Below, in pieces: positions 49,801-62,374 of a stretch of 64,000 bases of DNA. Every line of letters begins with the position of its first letter. Position 1 is the first letter of the stretch. The stretch lies in the NCBI GenBank assembly GCA_964016885.1, contig OZ024757.1:23746001-23810000 (forward strand). The letters are read 5' to 3'. The translations under genes and the position numbers were made by a program. The stretch comes from Eledone cirrhosa. Its lineage: Eukaryota. Under the pieces are notes generated by a model, which was given only the letters and a program-made list of their open reading frames with translations, searched no databases and had not been told where the DNA came from.

Positions 49801-51288
49801 AACATTATGACCATCAGTCCAACACCCTTACCACTAGGCCACATGTCTTCACATAACCCAGTCAAGGAATCAAACCCATAACATTATGACCATCAGTCCA
49901 ACACCCTTACCACTAGGCCACATGTCTTCACATAACCCAGTCAAGGGATCAAACCCATAACATTATGACCATAAGTCCAACACCCTTACCACTAGGCCAC
50001 ATGTCTTCACATAACCCATAACATTATGACCATCAGTCCAACACCCTTACCACTAGGCCACATGTCCTCACATAACCCAGTCAAGGGATCAAACCCATAA
50101 CATTATGACCATAAGTCCTACACCCTAACCACTAGGCCACATGTCTTCACATAACCCAGTCAAGGGATCAAACCCATAACATTATGACCATCAGTCCAAC
50201 ACCCTTACCACTAGGCCACATGTCTTCACATAACCCATAACATTATGACCATCAGTCCTACACCCTTACCACTAGGCCACATGTCTTCACATAACCCAGT
50301 CAAGGAATCAAACCCACAACATTATGACCATCAGTCCAACACCCTTACCACTAGGCCACATGTCTTCACATAACCCAGTCAAGGGATCAAACCCACAGCA
50401 TTATGACCATCAGTCCTACACCCTTACCACTAGGCCACATGTCTTCACATAACCCAGTCAAGGAATCAAACCCACAACATTATGACCATCAGTCCAACAC
50501 CCTTACCACTAGGCCACATGTCTTCACATAACCCAGTCAAGGAATCAAACCCATAACATTATGACCATCAGTCCTACACCCTTACCACTAGGCCACATGT
50601 CTTCACATAACCCAGTCAAGGAATCAAACCAATAACATTATGACCATCAGTCCTACACCCTTACCACTAGGCCACATGTCTTCACATAACCCAGTCCAGG
50701 AATCAAACCCACAGCATTATGACCATCAGTCCAACACCCTTACCACTAGGCCACATGTCTTCACATAACCCAGTCAAGGAATCAAACCCATAACATTATG
50801 ACCATCAGTCCTACACCCTTACCACTAGGCCACATGTCTTCACATAACCCATAACATTATGACCATCAGTCCAACACCCTTACCACTAGGCCACATGTCT
50901 TCACATAACCCAGTCAAGGAATCAAACCCATAACATTATGACCATCAGTCCTACACCCTTACCACTAGGCCACATGTCTTCACATAACCCAGTCAAGGGA
51001 TCAAACCCATAACATTATGACCATCAGTCCTACACCCTTACCACTAGGCCACATGTCTTCACATAACCCAGTCAAGGGATCAAACCCATAACATTATGAC
51101 CATCAATCCTACACCCTTACCACTAGGCCACATGTCTTCACATAATCCAGTCAAGGAATCAAACCCATAACATTATGACCATCAGTCCTACACCCTTACC
51201 ACTAGGCCACATGTCTTCACATAACCCAGTCAAGGGATCAGACCCACAACATTATGACCATCAGTCCTACACCCTTACCACTAGGCCA
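46872..51288 (-). repeat. 79-bp satellite (about 56 units) made of tRNA-derived SINE heads, in GNL1 intron 1
   Basis: Period of 79 measured (46912 to 46991). The minus-strand unit carries an A box (TGGCCTAGTGG) and a B-box-like GGTTTGATTCC, and resembles the SINE heads at 29906, 54082 and 56703. Confidence 0.85.
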
Positions 51289-51324
51289 TCAAGACTAATA
51301 TTTATTACATTTTCTTGTTTACAG

Positions 51325-51445
51325 AGCGCAAGGGGAAATATGACAATTCTACATCATCGGACTCCGAGACACAGGCACCCCCCCGGGTGGCCAAACTGAA
51401 CGAACAACCTGTTAAATCATCTGATATGAAATCTAACCTGAACAG
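51325..51445 (+). CDS. GNL1: GNL1 exon 2 (ERKGKYDNSTSSDSETQAPPRVAKLNEQPVKSSDMKSNLNR)
   Basis: Acceptor ttttcttgtttacag, donor AG|gtaagt; phase 1 to 2; matches the SD...LNQQP...NR pattern preceding YRLHF in GNL1. I could not find exon 3 in the window. Confidence 0.85.
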
Positions 51446-51469
51446 GTAAGTAATGGGATTGTTTATTAA

Positions 51470-51970
51470 ATGATGAGGATAATGATGGCAGTGATGATGA
51501 GGATGATGTTGATGATGATGATGGTGATGATGATGATAATCATTGTGATGATAATGATGATGATGATGATAATAATCAGGGTGGTGGTGGTGATAATGAT
51601 ATTGATGACTATGGTGATGATAATGATAATGATGTTGATGATGGTGATGATGTTGATGGCTATGGTGATGGTGATGATAATGATGTTGATGGCAGTGATG
51701 ATGGTGATGATGAAAATGATGTTGATGACTATGATGATGACGATAATGATGTTGATGGCTATGCTGATGATGATGATGGTGATGATAATGATTTTGATGG
51801 CTATGATGATGATGACGATAATGATGTTGATGACGATGATGATGATGATGATGTTGATGGCTATGATGATGTTGATGGCTATGATGATGATGATAATGAT
51901 GTTGATGGCTATGATGATGGTAATAATTGTGACAAAAATAATGATGTTGATGATGACAATGCTGATGATA
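51470..51970. repeat. (GAT)n-type trinucleotide tract in GNL1 intron 2
   Basis: Direct reading; source of poly-His, poly-Met and poly-Ile pseudo-ORFs. Confidence 0.95.
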
Positions 51971-52685
51971 ATTATTCCCAAGAAACAATGTGTGTCTTGA
52001 AGGCATCCCCCCTCCCCCCCAACGACACCATCAAGAGTTAAGGCCCCTTTACCTAATTACTTGAATGTATTTGAAGTACCATTCAACTTACACTTACAGT
52101 ATATTCTTAAATATAAGCTGACCTCCATCCCCTATTTTATGTCTGAGAACTGGGCAAAAATCCAAACCCCGTTTATAAACCAAGGCAACTAATCAACACA
52201 TAGATATTGACCCTGAATATAAGTCAATCCTCCATTCTAACATCGATCCTTTGGTCTTACATTCTTCGTCTTGTATTTGGTAGTTCACCAGGTATGGTTG
52301 AGCGGTTAAGATGATTGCTTTGCATGTATGAGGTCCCAGGTTTCATCCTACTGTTTGACATCTTGAGCAAGTGTCTTCACCAAAGCTTTGGGTCAAACCA
52401 AGCCTAGTGATTTAAATTGAGGAGACGTAGACTATGTGGAAGCCTGCCTGCTTGACTGACTGAATTTGTAATTCAAAGCTACGTCCTTGTCATAAACAGT
52501 CAGCTTGGAAATTAAAGTTAAGGGTTCAGGTACACATATCTGTGGAATACTGAATCACTGACAAGTTAATTCCCAAATCAGACTCTGTTATTTGAACAAG
52601 TGAATGTTCATCGTTGAAATCGGTGGAAGACCTATCATAGAGGGCAGCACTCTATCGGAAGTCTTCGTTTGATATATATATATAT

Positions 52686-53387
52686 CATCATCATCATCAT
52701 CATCATCATTTTACGTCCGCTTTTCCCTGCTTGCAAGGGTGGGACGGGTCTTATTCAGCACAGCATCTCTCCACTCGTCACGGTCCCTCGTCATCTCCAC
52801 CGTGAGCTTCAACGATCTGAGGTCTGTTCTCACCACCTCCGCCCATGTTTTTCGTGGTCTACCTCTACCACGTCTTCCTTCAACTGGCATTTCCTGGCAC
52901 TTCTTCACCCATCGGTCATCCTCCATGTGCATCACATGTCCATACCACCTCAGTCTCCTCTCCCGTACACTACATTCTATCCCTCTCAGACACAGTTTCT
53001 CTCTCAACACATTTATGCTGGGTCGTTCACGCACATTTACACTGCACATCCAACGGAGCATGCTTGCCTCATTTCTCTCCAGCCGTCGCATATCCTCTGC
53101 GGTTGCTGCCCATGTCTCACTACCATGCAGCATCGCGCTCCTCACACAGGCATCATACAACCGGCCTTTCGTACGCAGGGAGAAATCCTTCTTCGTCAAC
53201 AGAGGAAGCAGCTCCCTAAACTTCTTCCAACCCGTCCTTATTCTAGATACTATGGCCTCGGAACACCCTCCTCCCATGCTAATCTGATCTCCTAGGTACC
53301 GGAAGCTATCCACTACTTCTATAGCGCCCTCTCGCATTTGAAAAATGTGTCTATCAGTGCGACTTCTACTGTCTAATTTCCCTGTAC
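52686..53387 (-). mobile_element. 5'-truncated RTE-clade LINE (end of RT/thumb region to 3' tail)
   Basis: ORF 52711..53337: EVVDSFRYLG..KGRLYDACVRSAMLHGSETW..RRLRWYGHVMHM..RGRGRPRKTW; (ATG)n tail. Confidence 0.9.
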
Positions 53388-53414
53388 ATATATATATATA
53401 TATGTATATATATA

Positions 53415-53511
<97 letters not shown>

Positions 53512-53559
53512 GGAAAAGAATGAAATGAAATTTCATTTCTCACTCTTAGTACAGCTGAT

Positions 53560-54070
53560 ACTTAAATATAAGTATGTATACGTACACACATATATGTATA
53601 CAGACGTACAGTAGTATGTATATATACATACATGTATGTATATATACATACATGCACACATATATATATATGTACGTATGGGTTTACCAAACATTTATTA
53701 TAATGTTTGGTTTAATGGTATAATGTTTGTAAACAAAGAGCCCGAATTAAGCCGTTAATATGCATAAGGAAAGTATATACTTTCAAACGTTCAATCATCT
53801 GACAGGAAGGTATACGATGCTGACGATAGCTAATAAGCTTGAAACTTGTTCATCGTTCCTTTGTCAGTGTTGAACAAAAGTTCGACGATGGTTGCCGAAC
53901 ACTGTACGGCTTAATTCGGGCTGTTTGTTTACAAACAAACCGAACATTATAATAAATGTTCGGTAAACCCATACGTACATATATATATGTGTGCATGTAT
54001 GTATTTATATACATACTACTGTACGTCTGTATACATATATGTATGTACGTATACATACTTACGTTTAAAT
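53560..54070. mobile_element. Foldback/MITE-like element with about 170-190 bp inverted arms
   Basis: 53560-53755 is the reverse complement of 53905-54070 (tacgtatgggtttacc...gcccgaattaagccgt); unique spacer of about 150 bp. Confidence 0.65.
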
Positions 54071-55463
54071 ATATATATATGGAGGCACATGGCTTAGTGG
54101 TTAGAGCATTGGGCTTGCAATCGAAAGGTTGGGAGTTCAATTCTCAGACCGGGTGATGTGTTGTTTCCTTAAGCAAGACACTTTATTTCACATTGCTCCA
54201 GTTTACTCAGCTGTAGAAATGTGATCGTGGAGGTGTCACGGCAAAAAAGTGGTCGTGGAGGTGTCACGGCAAAAAAGCACCCAGCACTCACTGTAAATGA
54301 AGTTGTGTTAGGAAGGGCATCCAGCTGTAGAAATCAAGCCAGAATCAGTTCCCGTCCCACCCTTGCAAGCAGGGAAAAGCGGTCGTAAAATGATGATGAT
54401 GATGATGATGATGATGATATAAGGTAGATAACCAAATCTAATAAGATTTAGTTTAGAAAGAGTTTTCTCCCTTAATACATTGTACTTTAATTCTATCTAT
54501 GTATGTTTGTTTTTCCTTTTTAACAGCTGCCAATAATAGAATTAAAAAAGAGGGGAGGGTTGACCTATGACCCTTTCCGGGTAGTTGGGTGGGAGTGAGG
54601 ATTATATCCTTAAACTAGAAACCTGGCTCAGAATTAACTCCGCTAAAAGGCAAGCAGATAGTTGAGTTAAACGGTGGCTGCGTTAAGTTTACCACACATG
54701 AAGGACGCGAATACTCGGAATGAATAACGCAAAGTTTCTCATCCGACGCTCAAACAATTCCGCCAATCTTCTTCTGATTCCGAAAGTCAAAATTAACTTT
54801 GGCGGGATTTGATCTCGCACAAATTTCGTAAAGTTTCAGGTCCGGCTCTTGAACAACTCCCACCAATTTCTGCCCCCTTTTATTGCCAAGATTCTTCTAA
54901 AATGACGAAAAAAAAAGTTAACCATGACGGGATTTGAACTCAGAGTGCAGTGAGTCAGAACAAACACTGCAAAGCATCTTATGCATCGTTCTAGCCAGTA
55001 CACCTTCCACGCTGGTACTTTATTTATCCACCCTGATATTTAGTTAAGAAAAATCACTTTCCTATTTACTATTTTAATTTTCTAATATTCCTTTATTTAC
55101 AATTGAATTAATATATCATGTAAATACAATTTAATAGAAAAAGAAAAACAAATTAGATTGAGAAAAAAGAATGGAATGTAAGATAAGAAAATATTAAAAA
55201 GAAAGACTGACAAGGAAGGGAAAAGCAAGGGCTCACAGAAGAATGGGGAGGGTGATTGGACTCTGGGCCTAGTGCGCGGCGGTAATGGGGCTGCGAGCCG
55301 CGGACAGGTCCACAAAAGCATTCCATTCAGATTCTGACAACTCATTAAAAAATGTTTTATTTTCTATTTGGAGTTCTCTCCCTTGTCTTGTTTTAGAATA
55401 CGGTTTACCTCCCTGTAATACAGGCGTTTGTGTGTGTATGTATAACTCAGTATTATGTAATCT

Positions 55464-55645
55464 GGATTGGCAGTATCGGTAGAGGGTCGGATGCCATGCT
55501 TTCCAGCATAGTTATGTCCCTTTACGATCTGAGTTCAAATCCCGCCGAGGTTGACTTTGCCTTTCATCCTTACGGGGTCGATAAAATAAAGTACCAGTAA
55601 TGCACTGGATAATTGCTGGCCTTGTGCCTAAAGTAGAAACAATTA
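55464..55645 (+). mobile_element. tRNA-derived SINE family 1; other copies at about 5240-5402(-), 7304-7490(+), 18260-18570(-), 23592-24030(+, two), 31556-31772(-), 33684-33868(-), 34080-34240(-), 36192-36377(-), 40092-40235(-), 62378-62556(+), 63666-63850(+)
   Basis: Head gattggcagtatcggtagag, B box gagttcaaatcc, conserved body gcctttcatccttacggggtcgataaaataaagtaccag (recalls the MetaSINE-type central domain; unverified). Confidence 0.88.
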
Positions 55646-55789
55646 TGTAATCCGCCTTTATGCACGAAATTGTATTTTCAATAATGTGTTAGGTGAGAAA
55701 TTAGTTGCTTATTTTTTTAATTCGTCCCACGTATTTCGTTTTTATTTGTCTGCAGTTTTGCTACACACACACACAGGTATATATAATAA

Positions 55790-56405
55790 TCATCATGCGT
55801 CCGCTTTTCCCTGCTTGCAAGGGTTGGACGTGTCCTATTCAGCACAGCATCTCTCCACTTGTCACGTTCCTTCGTCATCTCCTCAGTGAGCTTCAGCGAT
55901 CTGAGGTCTGCTCTCACCACCTCCGCCCATGTTTTACGTGGTCTACGCAGGGAGAAACCCTTCTTTGTCAACAGAGGAAGCAGCTCCCTAAACTTCTTCC
56001 AACCCATCCTTATTCTAGATACTATGGCCTCAGAACACCCCCCTCTCTTGCTAATCTGAGCACCTAGGTACTGGAAGCTATCCACCACTTCTATAGAACC
56101 CACCTGCATTGGAAAAATGTGTCTATCACTGCGATTACTACTGCTAACTTTCCCTGTACATCTACTGCATATGTAGTTTTCCCTACCTGTTAGTTTGCCT
56201 GCTATCCCGCTACATCTCTTGTGTTCTCAGGATCTGCATTGTGTGCATTTTATAGAATTTATGCCAGTTCCTTTTCTGCATATCGAACATGGCCATTTCC
56301 CTGATGGAATCAGGGTTTTGTCCTCTTTTCTACTCATCAACACTTTTGTCTTAGCTAGGTTCACTCTCAGTCCTCTTGCTTCCAACTGCTGTTTTCTGAT
56401 TTCTT
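55790..56405 (-). mobile_element. Same RTE family, internally deleted copy
   Basis: ORF 55717..56109 matches 52711..53337 but joins FSLR directly to RPRKTW. Confidence 0.88.
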
Positions 56406-56924
56406 ATGTATGAAACAGTTCTAGTCCTGTAGAAATCATTTCTATAATAATATGTATGTGTGTGTAGACACACACATACATATTAACACACACAGATATA
56501 TATATATATATATGAAGGCACATGTAAAGTGGTCATGGAGGTGCCATGGCAAAAAAGCACCCAGCACTCACTGTAAATGAGGTTGGTGTTAGGAAGAGCA
56601 TCCAGCTGTAGAAATCAAGCCAGAATCAGTTTCTGTACCACTCTTGCAAGCAGGGAAAAGCGGATGTAAAATGATGATGATGATGATGATATATATATAT
56701 ATGAAGGCGTGTGGCTGAGGGGTTAGAGAATTGGATTCACAATCTTGGGGTTGTGAGTTCGATTCCTGGACCAGGCGATGCGTTATGTCCTTGAGCAAGA
56801 CACTTTATTTCACGTTGCTCCTTCTACCTGGAGTTGCGACCGATAGATAGTACTAGCAACTGGAAAGACCAACGGAAACATTGTTTCCTCGGTCCGATTT
56901 GACGAAAGTCGATCGATAAAAAAA

Positions 56925-56971
<47 letters not shown>

Positions 56972-57264
56972 TGGACTCGTACTGTCAATAATAATTGTTT
57001 CTACTTTTGGCACAAGGCCAGCAAATACCCAGTGCATTACTGGTACTTTATTTTATCGACCCCGTAAGGATGAAAGGCAAAGTTTAACCCCTGAATTATG
57101 AGCTGCCAGAAATGGCAGCCCGAAACCACTCAAAGAGATGTGCTCAACCAAACAGAGATCACACACACTCTATCTCTCTTGTGTGTTATCCTTTCTACAT
57201 ATTATATATATATATATATCGCACACACACTATCTCTCTCTGGTGTGTTATCCTTTCTACCTAT

Positions 57265-57925
57265 TCATCATCATCATCATCATCGTTTAACGTCCGTGTT
57301 CCATGCTTGCATGGGTTTGGACGGGAGTTTTCCCACTTGAGGCAAGAGTGGTTGTCTTGCTCGCATAGGACTGTCTGGCGGGTTTTCTACAGTTGGATGC
57401 CCTTCCTAACACCAACCACATTTACAGTGTGGGGCTGGGATGTTTTTACCGTGTTGCCTACACGGCCACATTACAGCGTGGACTGTCTGGCAGGTTTTCT
57501 ACAGCTGGATGCCCTTCCTAACACCAACCACATTTACAGTGTGGGACTGGGACGTTTTTACCGTGTTGCCTACACGGCCACATTACAGCGTGGACTGTCT
57601 GGCAGGTTTTCTACAGCTGGATGCCCTTCCTAACACCAACCATATTTACAGTGTGGGACTGGGACGTTTTTACCGTGTTGCCTACACGGTCACATTACAG
57701 CGTGGACTGTGTGTTATTTTTTTGTCGTGACACCTACACGATCTCATTTGTTTCGGCCTGGATTTTGTGGCACCAACATAACTTTACATTGAAAGGGGCG
57801 GTGTGGATGGGGTGGGGGTGGTGGGACGGGGGTGTATTTTGTTAGAGATGCCTACTGACTGTAGTAGGTTTTACTTTGTACTTAGGTAACGCAGTCTTCT
57901 CTATTACTGAGTAGCGCCAAAGGTC
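57265..57925 (-). mobile_element. SINE-like family 3 with internal 112-bp triplication; copies at 21537-21970(-) and 13890-14058(+)
   Basis: Shares gatgcccttcctaacacc with family 2 but has a different tail (aacccatgc..gcatgg..gacgttaaacgatgatg); gactgtctggc at 57369, 57481 and 57593. Confidence 0.8.
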
Positions 57926-58362
57926 TCGGTCCAGTGACATTGTCTTGGAGAGGTGTAAGTGTGTGAGGTCGGAATTTATCATATATATATATATATATTG
58001 CACACACACTATCTCTCTCTGGTGTGTTATCCTTTCTACCTATTATATATGATGGGATGACAGAGTTCTTTGAGATACTGGCTGGAGTGCTCCAGGGAGA
58101 TACATTGGCTCCTTGAAAGGATGAAAGGCAAAGTTGACCTTGGTGAGATTTGAACTCAGAGAGCAGAGAGCCAGAATAAATTCCACCAATCATTCTGTCT
58201 GCTGAACCTTGACTATACCAGGTTACTATAGATACCTCAATAGGAGACACTGGAATTGACAAGGATGGCCTAAAAATCTTGATGGGGAAACAGACTGTTG
58301 GAGTGAAGTTGTGCTTGCTGTCGCACATAGGGGCCATGGATTAGACAGATAAGGGCCATTAA

Positions 58363-58765
58363 GACAGATAACTCAGATACCGGGATACTATAGCAGGAGA
58401 CACTGGAATAGACAACAAAGACCTACAAACTTTGATGGGAGACAGAGACTGCGAGAGTCAAGTTGTGCTTGCTGTCACATTTAAGGGCCATGGATTAGAA
58501 GACAGATAACTCAGATACCGGGATACTATAGCAGGAGACACTGGAATAGACAACAAAGACCTACAAACTTTGATGGGAGACAGAGACTGCGAGAGTCAAG
58601 TTGTGCTTGCTGTCACATTTAAGGGCCATGGATTAGAAGACAGATAACTCAGATACCGGGATACTATAGCAGGAGACACTGGAATAGACAACAAAGACCT
58701 ACAAACTTTGATGGGAGACAGAGACTGCGAGAGTCAAGTTGTGCTTGCTGTCACATTTAAGGGTG
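58363..58765. repeat. 138-bp tandem repeat, about 3 copies
   Basis: gacagataactcagataccggg at 58363, 58501 and 58639. Confidence 0.9.
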
Positions 58766-59366
58766 ATGGATAAGACAAGATAATCTGATTTACTAACGGC
58801 TCTGCCAATTTGCCACCTAGTATATATATAATGTGCAAACATAAATAGGCTGGCCATGTCACTTGTCTTATATAATAGGTGGACTATTTCAGCAACAGAG
58901 TGGACACCAAGGTAATGCAGATAAACCAGAGGGTGGCCGATGGCATGATGGCATGATGATCTGACCTGATACCTTGGCCCCAAATGGCCCAGTGTGGCCA
59001 GAGATAGAAAGTGGGGGGTCAATCAGGAAGGGTCAATCCAACAAGAGTGAGAAGGCCCTGGATTTTGGATATACAATGTATATATCAACAATATTTCCAT
59101 CATTATTGATGGCACGGTTCCTCTAGTTTTAAATAATAATCTTTACTAGGCTTTATGGTTTTATAGTAAAGGTCCAGATGTTGCGGTGGTGTGTGTATTT
59201 AATATGTCCTATATATTCTTTACCATATAAGGCAATAAGCTACAGTATTGACTTCATATAAAAAATATCTATATGTATTGATTGTTGTAGCATAACCAGA
59301 TCAATAAAAATAACTTATTGTTGTTGTAGTTTAGCCCTAGGACATTGAACTGTCATCGGTGTCTTG

Positions 59367-60097
59367 CCATGGGGGTGTGTGTCTTGCCATAGGGGTGTGT
59401 GTCTTGCCATAGGGGTGTGTGTCTTGCCATGGGGGTGTGTGTCTTGCCATAGGGGTGTGTGTGTCTTGTCATAGGGGTGTGTGTGTCTTGCCATGGGGGT
59501 GTGTGTGTCTTGTCATAGGGGTGTGTGTGTCTTGTCATAGGGGTGTGTGTGTCTTGCCATAGGGGTGTGTGTGTCTTGTCATAGGGGTGTGTGTGTCTTG
59601 CCATAGGGGGGTGTGTGTCTTGTCATAGGGGTGTGTGTGTCTTGCCATAGGGGTGTGTGTGTCTTGCCATAGGGGTGTGTGTCTTGCCATGGGGGTGTGT
59701 GTCTTGCCATGGGGGTGTGTGTGTGTCTTGTCATAGGGGTGTGTGTGTCTTGCCATAGGGGTGTGTGTGTCTTGTCATAAGGGTGTGTGTGTCTTGCCAT
59801 AGGGGTGTGTGTGTCTTGTCATAGGGGTGTGTGTGTCTTGCCATAGGGGTGTGTGTGTCTTGCCATAGGGGTGTGTGTGTCTTGTCATAGGGGTGTGTGT
59901 GTCTTGCCATAGGGGTGTGTGTCTTGCCATGGGGGTGTGTGTCTTGCCATGGGGGTGTGTGTGTGTCTTGTCATAGGGGTGTGTGTGTCTTGCCATAGGG
60001 GTGTGTATGTCTTGTCATAAGGGTGTGTGTGTCTTGCCATAGGGGTGTGTGTGTCTTGTCATAGGGGTGTGTGTATCTTGCCATAGGGGTGTGTGCC
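59367..60097. repeat. 20-24 bp minisatellite gtgtgtcttg(c/t)cataggggt
   Basis: Direct reading. Confidence 0.92.
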
Positions 60098-60232
60098 TTC
60101 GTTGTCTTGGCAGTAATGAGAATGTTAGATAAAATACCTTGCAGTTGTAGTTTAAAACTTCACTGAGGTTAACATTGCCATTCATCTTTTCAGATCAAGT
60201 ATTAAGGTCGTTTCTCTTCCCCTTCTTCATTT

Positions 60233-60311
<79 letters not shown>

Positions 60312-61177
60312 GTGTCTGTCACTCTCTCTGTTTCTCTCTCTCTCTCTCACGCTCTCTCTCTCTCTGACTCCCTCTCCGACTCTGTGTCTGTCACTCTCTC
60401 TCTGTCTCACTCTTTCTCTTGTTTTGGTGATGGATGTCATGGCAGCATGCCTATAGCTCCTCCAGGAGTTGAATACTCAAGGAAGGAAAGGAAATTACGC
60501 GCACACATATATATATTCTTTTACATACACACACACACACAAACATATATATGCAAAAAGTAAACAGAAATAACAACGCAAATGACAAAACAATGAAGAA
60601 ATATATTAGTTTAACACTTGATATAGTAGGAAAAGAGTCTTGACATTTCAGACACTAGTCCTTCATAAAAAAAATAGAATGAGAAATTAAAGAAGAAATA
60701 GAAAGATAGAGGAGAGTTATCAAGGGCAAAAATGAAAGAGATTTTCTTGGAGAAAAAGGTCTGTTCATTGTGTTATCTCTTGGAAAACTGTTGATAGGAG
60801 CGTTTAGTTCAGTTGGCTGTCTTTTGAAAGGCTTTGACCATAAGGTGCTGAAAAGGAAAAAATACTTTTGTATAGAGTGTATATGTGTGTTGTTTTGTAT
60901 AAAGCTGTGCAAATATCTATATATGTATATGTGGTTGGTATTAGGAAGGGCACCCTACTATAGAAACCAAGCCAGTTCTGTATGAGCAAGACATGGTCAC
61001 CTGATATGACTTGTCTTACAATGGGACAGCTTGTCTAACTCATGCTAGTGTGAAAAATATACATTAAACAATGATGATGGAGTATATATATGTGTATACA
61101 CAAATACACACATATACATACATTCATTCATACATGTGTGTATATATACACACATATATCATCATCATCATCATCAT

Positions 61178-61390
61178 CGAAGGAATTGTGGTAAGGAACC
61201 AGATGGACCATAACGCACCAAAGTACTCAATACTTAGGGTAAGAGTGGGTAATAGGAACGAGTAGGACCCCGACGGCTGAGCTCAAGCCGTTTCGACGGC
61301 TAATTCTGGACTAAAATGGACTAACAATTTAGTCCAGAATTAGCCGTCGAAACGGCTTGAGCTCAGCCGTCGGGGTCCTACTCGTTCCTA
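61178..61390 (-). mobile_element. Foldback element family G (3' half of a hammerhead plus about 75-bp tail); other copies at 2343-2490 and 3285-3420 (+)
   Basis: Palindrome 61253-61390 contains GAAACGGCU-ugagcuc-AGCCGUC/GGGG; same body and tail (taagtattgagtac...ccttcg) in three copies flanked by simple repeats. Confidence 0.7.
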
Positions 61391-61454
61391 CATATATATA
61401 TGTATATATTGGTAAAAGGAAAAGAAAATGCTGACAAATTGTTCCCAGTGAAAA

Positions 61455-61570
61455 ATAGTTTAATTAGGAATAAGTAAAAATTAGTAATAAGTATTGGTTA
61501 GTATTCAGTTTTAGTTTAAAACTAAAACTGAATACTTATTACTAATTTTTACTTATTCCTAATTAAACTC
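61455..61570. repeat. AT-rich palindrome
   Basis: agtttaattaggaataagtaaaaattagtaataagtatt ... aatacttattactaatttttacttattcctaattaaact. Confidence 0.75.
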
Positions 61571-61924
61571 GTGTTTTACACCTCTATTCTTTTAAATATA
61601 TATATATATATATATATATGTGTGAGTTTTATTGTAGTACAATAAAGCAATGCAGATATCGGATAAGAAGCACTCTACAGTTTGTAGGACTGGAGTATAC
61701 ATAATATATAAGAACAAAAGATGGTTAAAAGAGTTCCATGTATTTTATTATGCGCATTTCAAAAACAAATATCATCATATAATAATATTTGTGTTTTCAT
61801 CAGATAAAACAGGAAGACATGATATGAAGGTTAAAAAACACTTGTGGATAGTGCAGTTTTCATATGTTGATTTAAAACTGCACTATCCACAAGTGTTTTT
61901 TAACCTTCATATCATGTCTTCCTG

Positions 61925-61991
61925 TTTTATCTGATGAAAACACAAATATTATTGCATGATGATATTTGTTTTTGAAATGCGCATAATAAAA
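61925..61991 (+). ncRNA. Type I hammerhead ribozyme (family D); mirror copy on minus strand at 61743-61809
   Basis: UUUUAU-CUGAUGA-long AU-rich stem II-GAAAUGCGCAUA/AUAAAA; 6-bp stem I, self-complementary AUGCGCAU stem III, AUA site. Confidence 0.8.
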
Positions 61992-62272
61992 TACATGGAA
62001 CTCTTTTAACCATCTTTTGTTCTTATATATTATATATATATATATATATAATTAGAAAGTGAACAACACAAAATATAACTACTCCATTACCAAAGGTTTC
62101 TGGATCCCAGACAATAATAATATACATCTGGATCGGTCGTCAGACAGAGATGTGTTGTTTACTTTCTAATTAAATAGCTCTGTTCTATACATAGAGCACT
62201 CTTTTTTCCTTTGCTTTTCCTTCGGAATTACCTAACATATATATATTCATTTTATTAAGGCTAAATAGTGAG

Positions 62273-62374
62273 TCTTGTTACTCTGGAGTTTCACCTGCTA
62301 CTCACAGGATCATCAGAGAAAACATCTTGTCTGGTGACTCTATGAGAAGCAGGTGAAACCTCAGAGTTACAAGA
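62273..62374. ncRNA. Pair of mirrored degenerate hammerheads (family E)
   Basis: Minus arm: CUGAUGA-uCCUG..CAGGu-GAAACUCcaGAGUA/ACAAGA. Plus arm: UCUUGU-CUGGUGA...GAAAC..GUU/ACAAGA. The consensus of the two arms is a full hammerhead. Confidence 0.6.

Noticed and set aside
46872-51288. tRNA gene cluster
   Set aside because: Units have A/B boxes, but I could not fold a convincing cloverleaf or acceptor stem; they match SINE heads better
51305-52006. Poly-His, poly-Met and poly-Ile ORFs
   Set aside because: (GAT)n microsatellite
61651-61700. Possible GNL1 exon 3 (cag|A TAT CGG gives R-Y-R)
   Set aside because: No polypyrimidine tract, and the following residues do not resemble the expected LHF..E motif; exon 3 probably lies beyond the window
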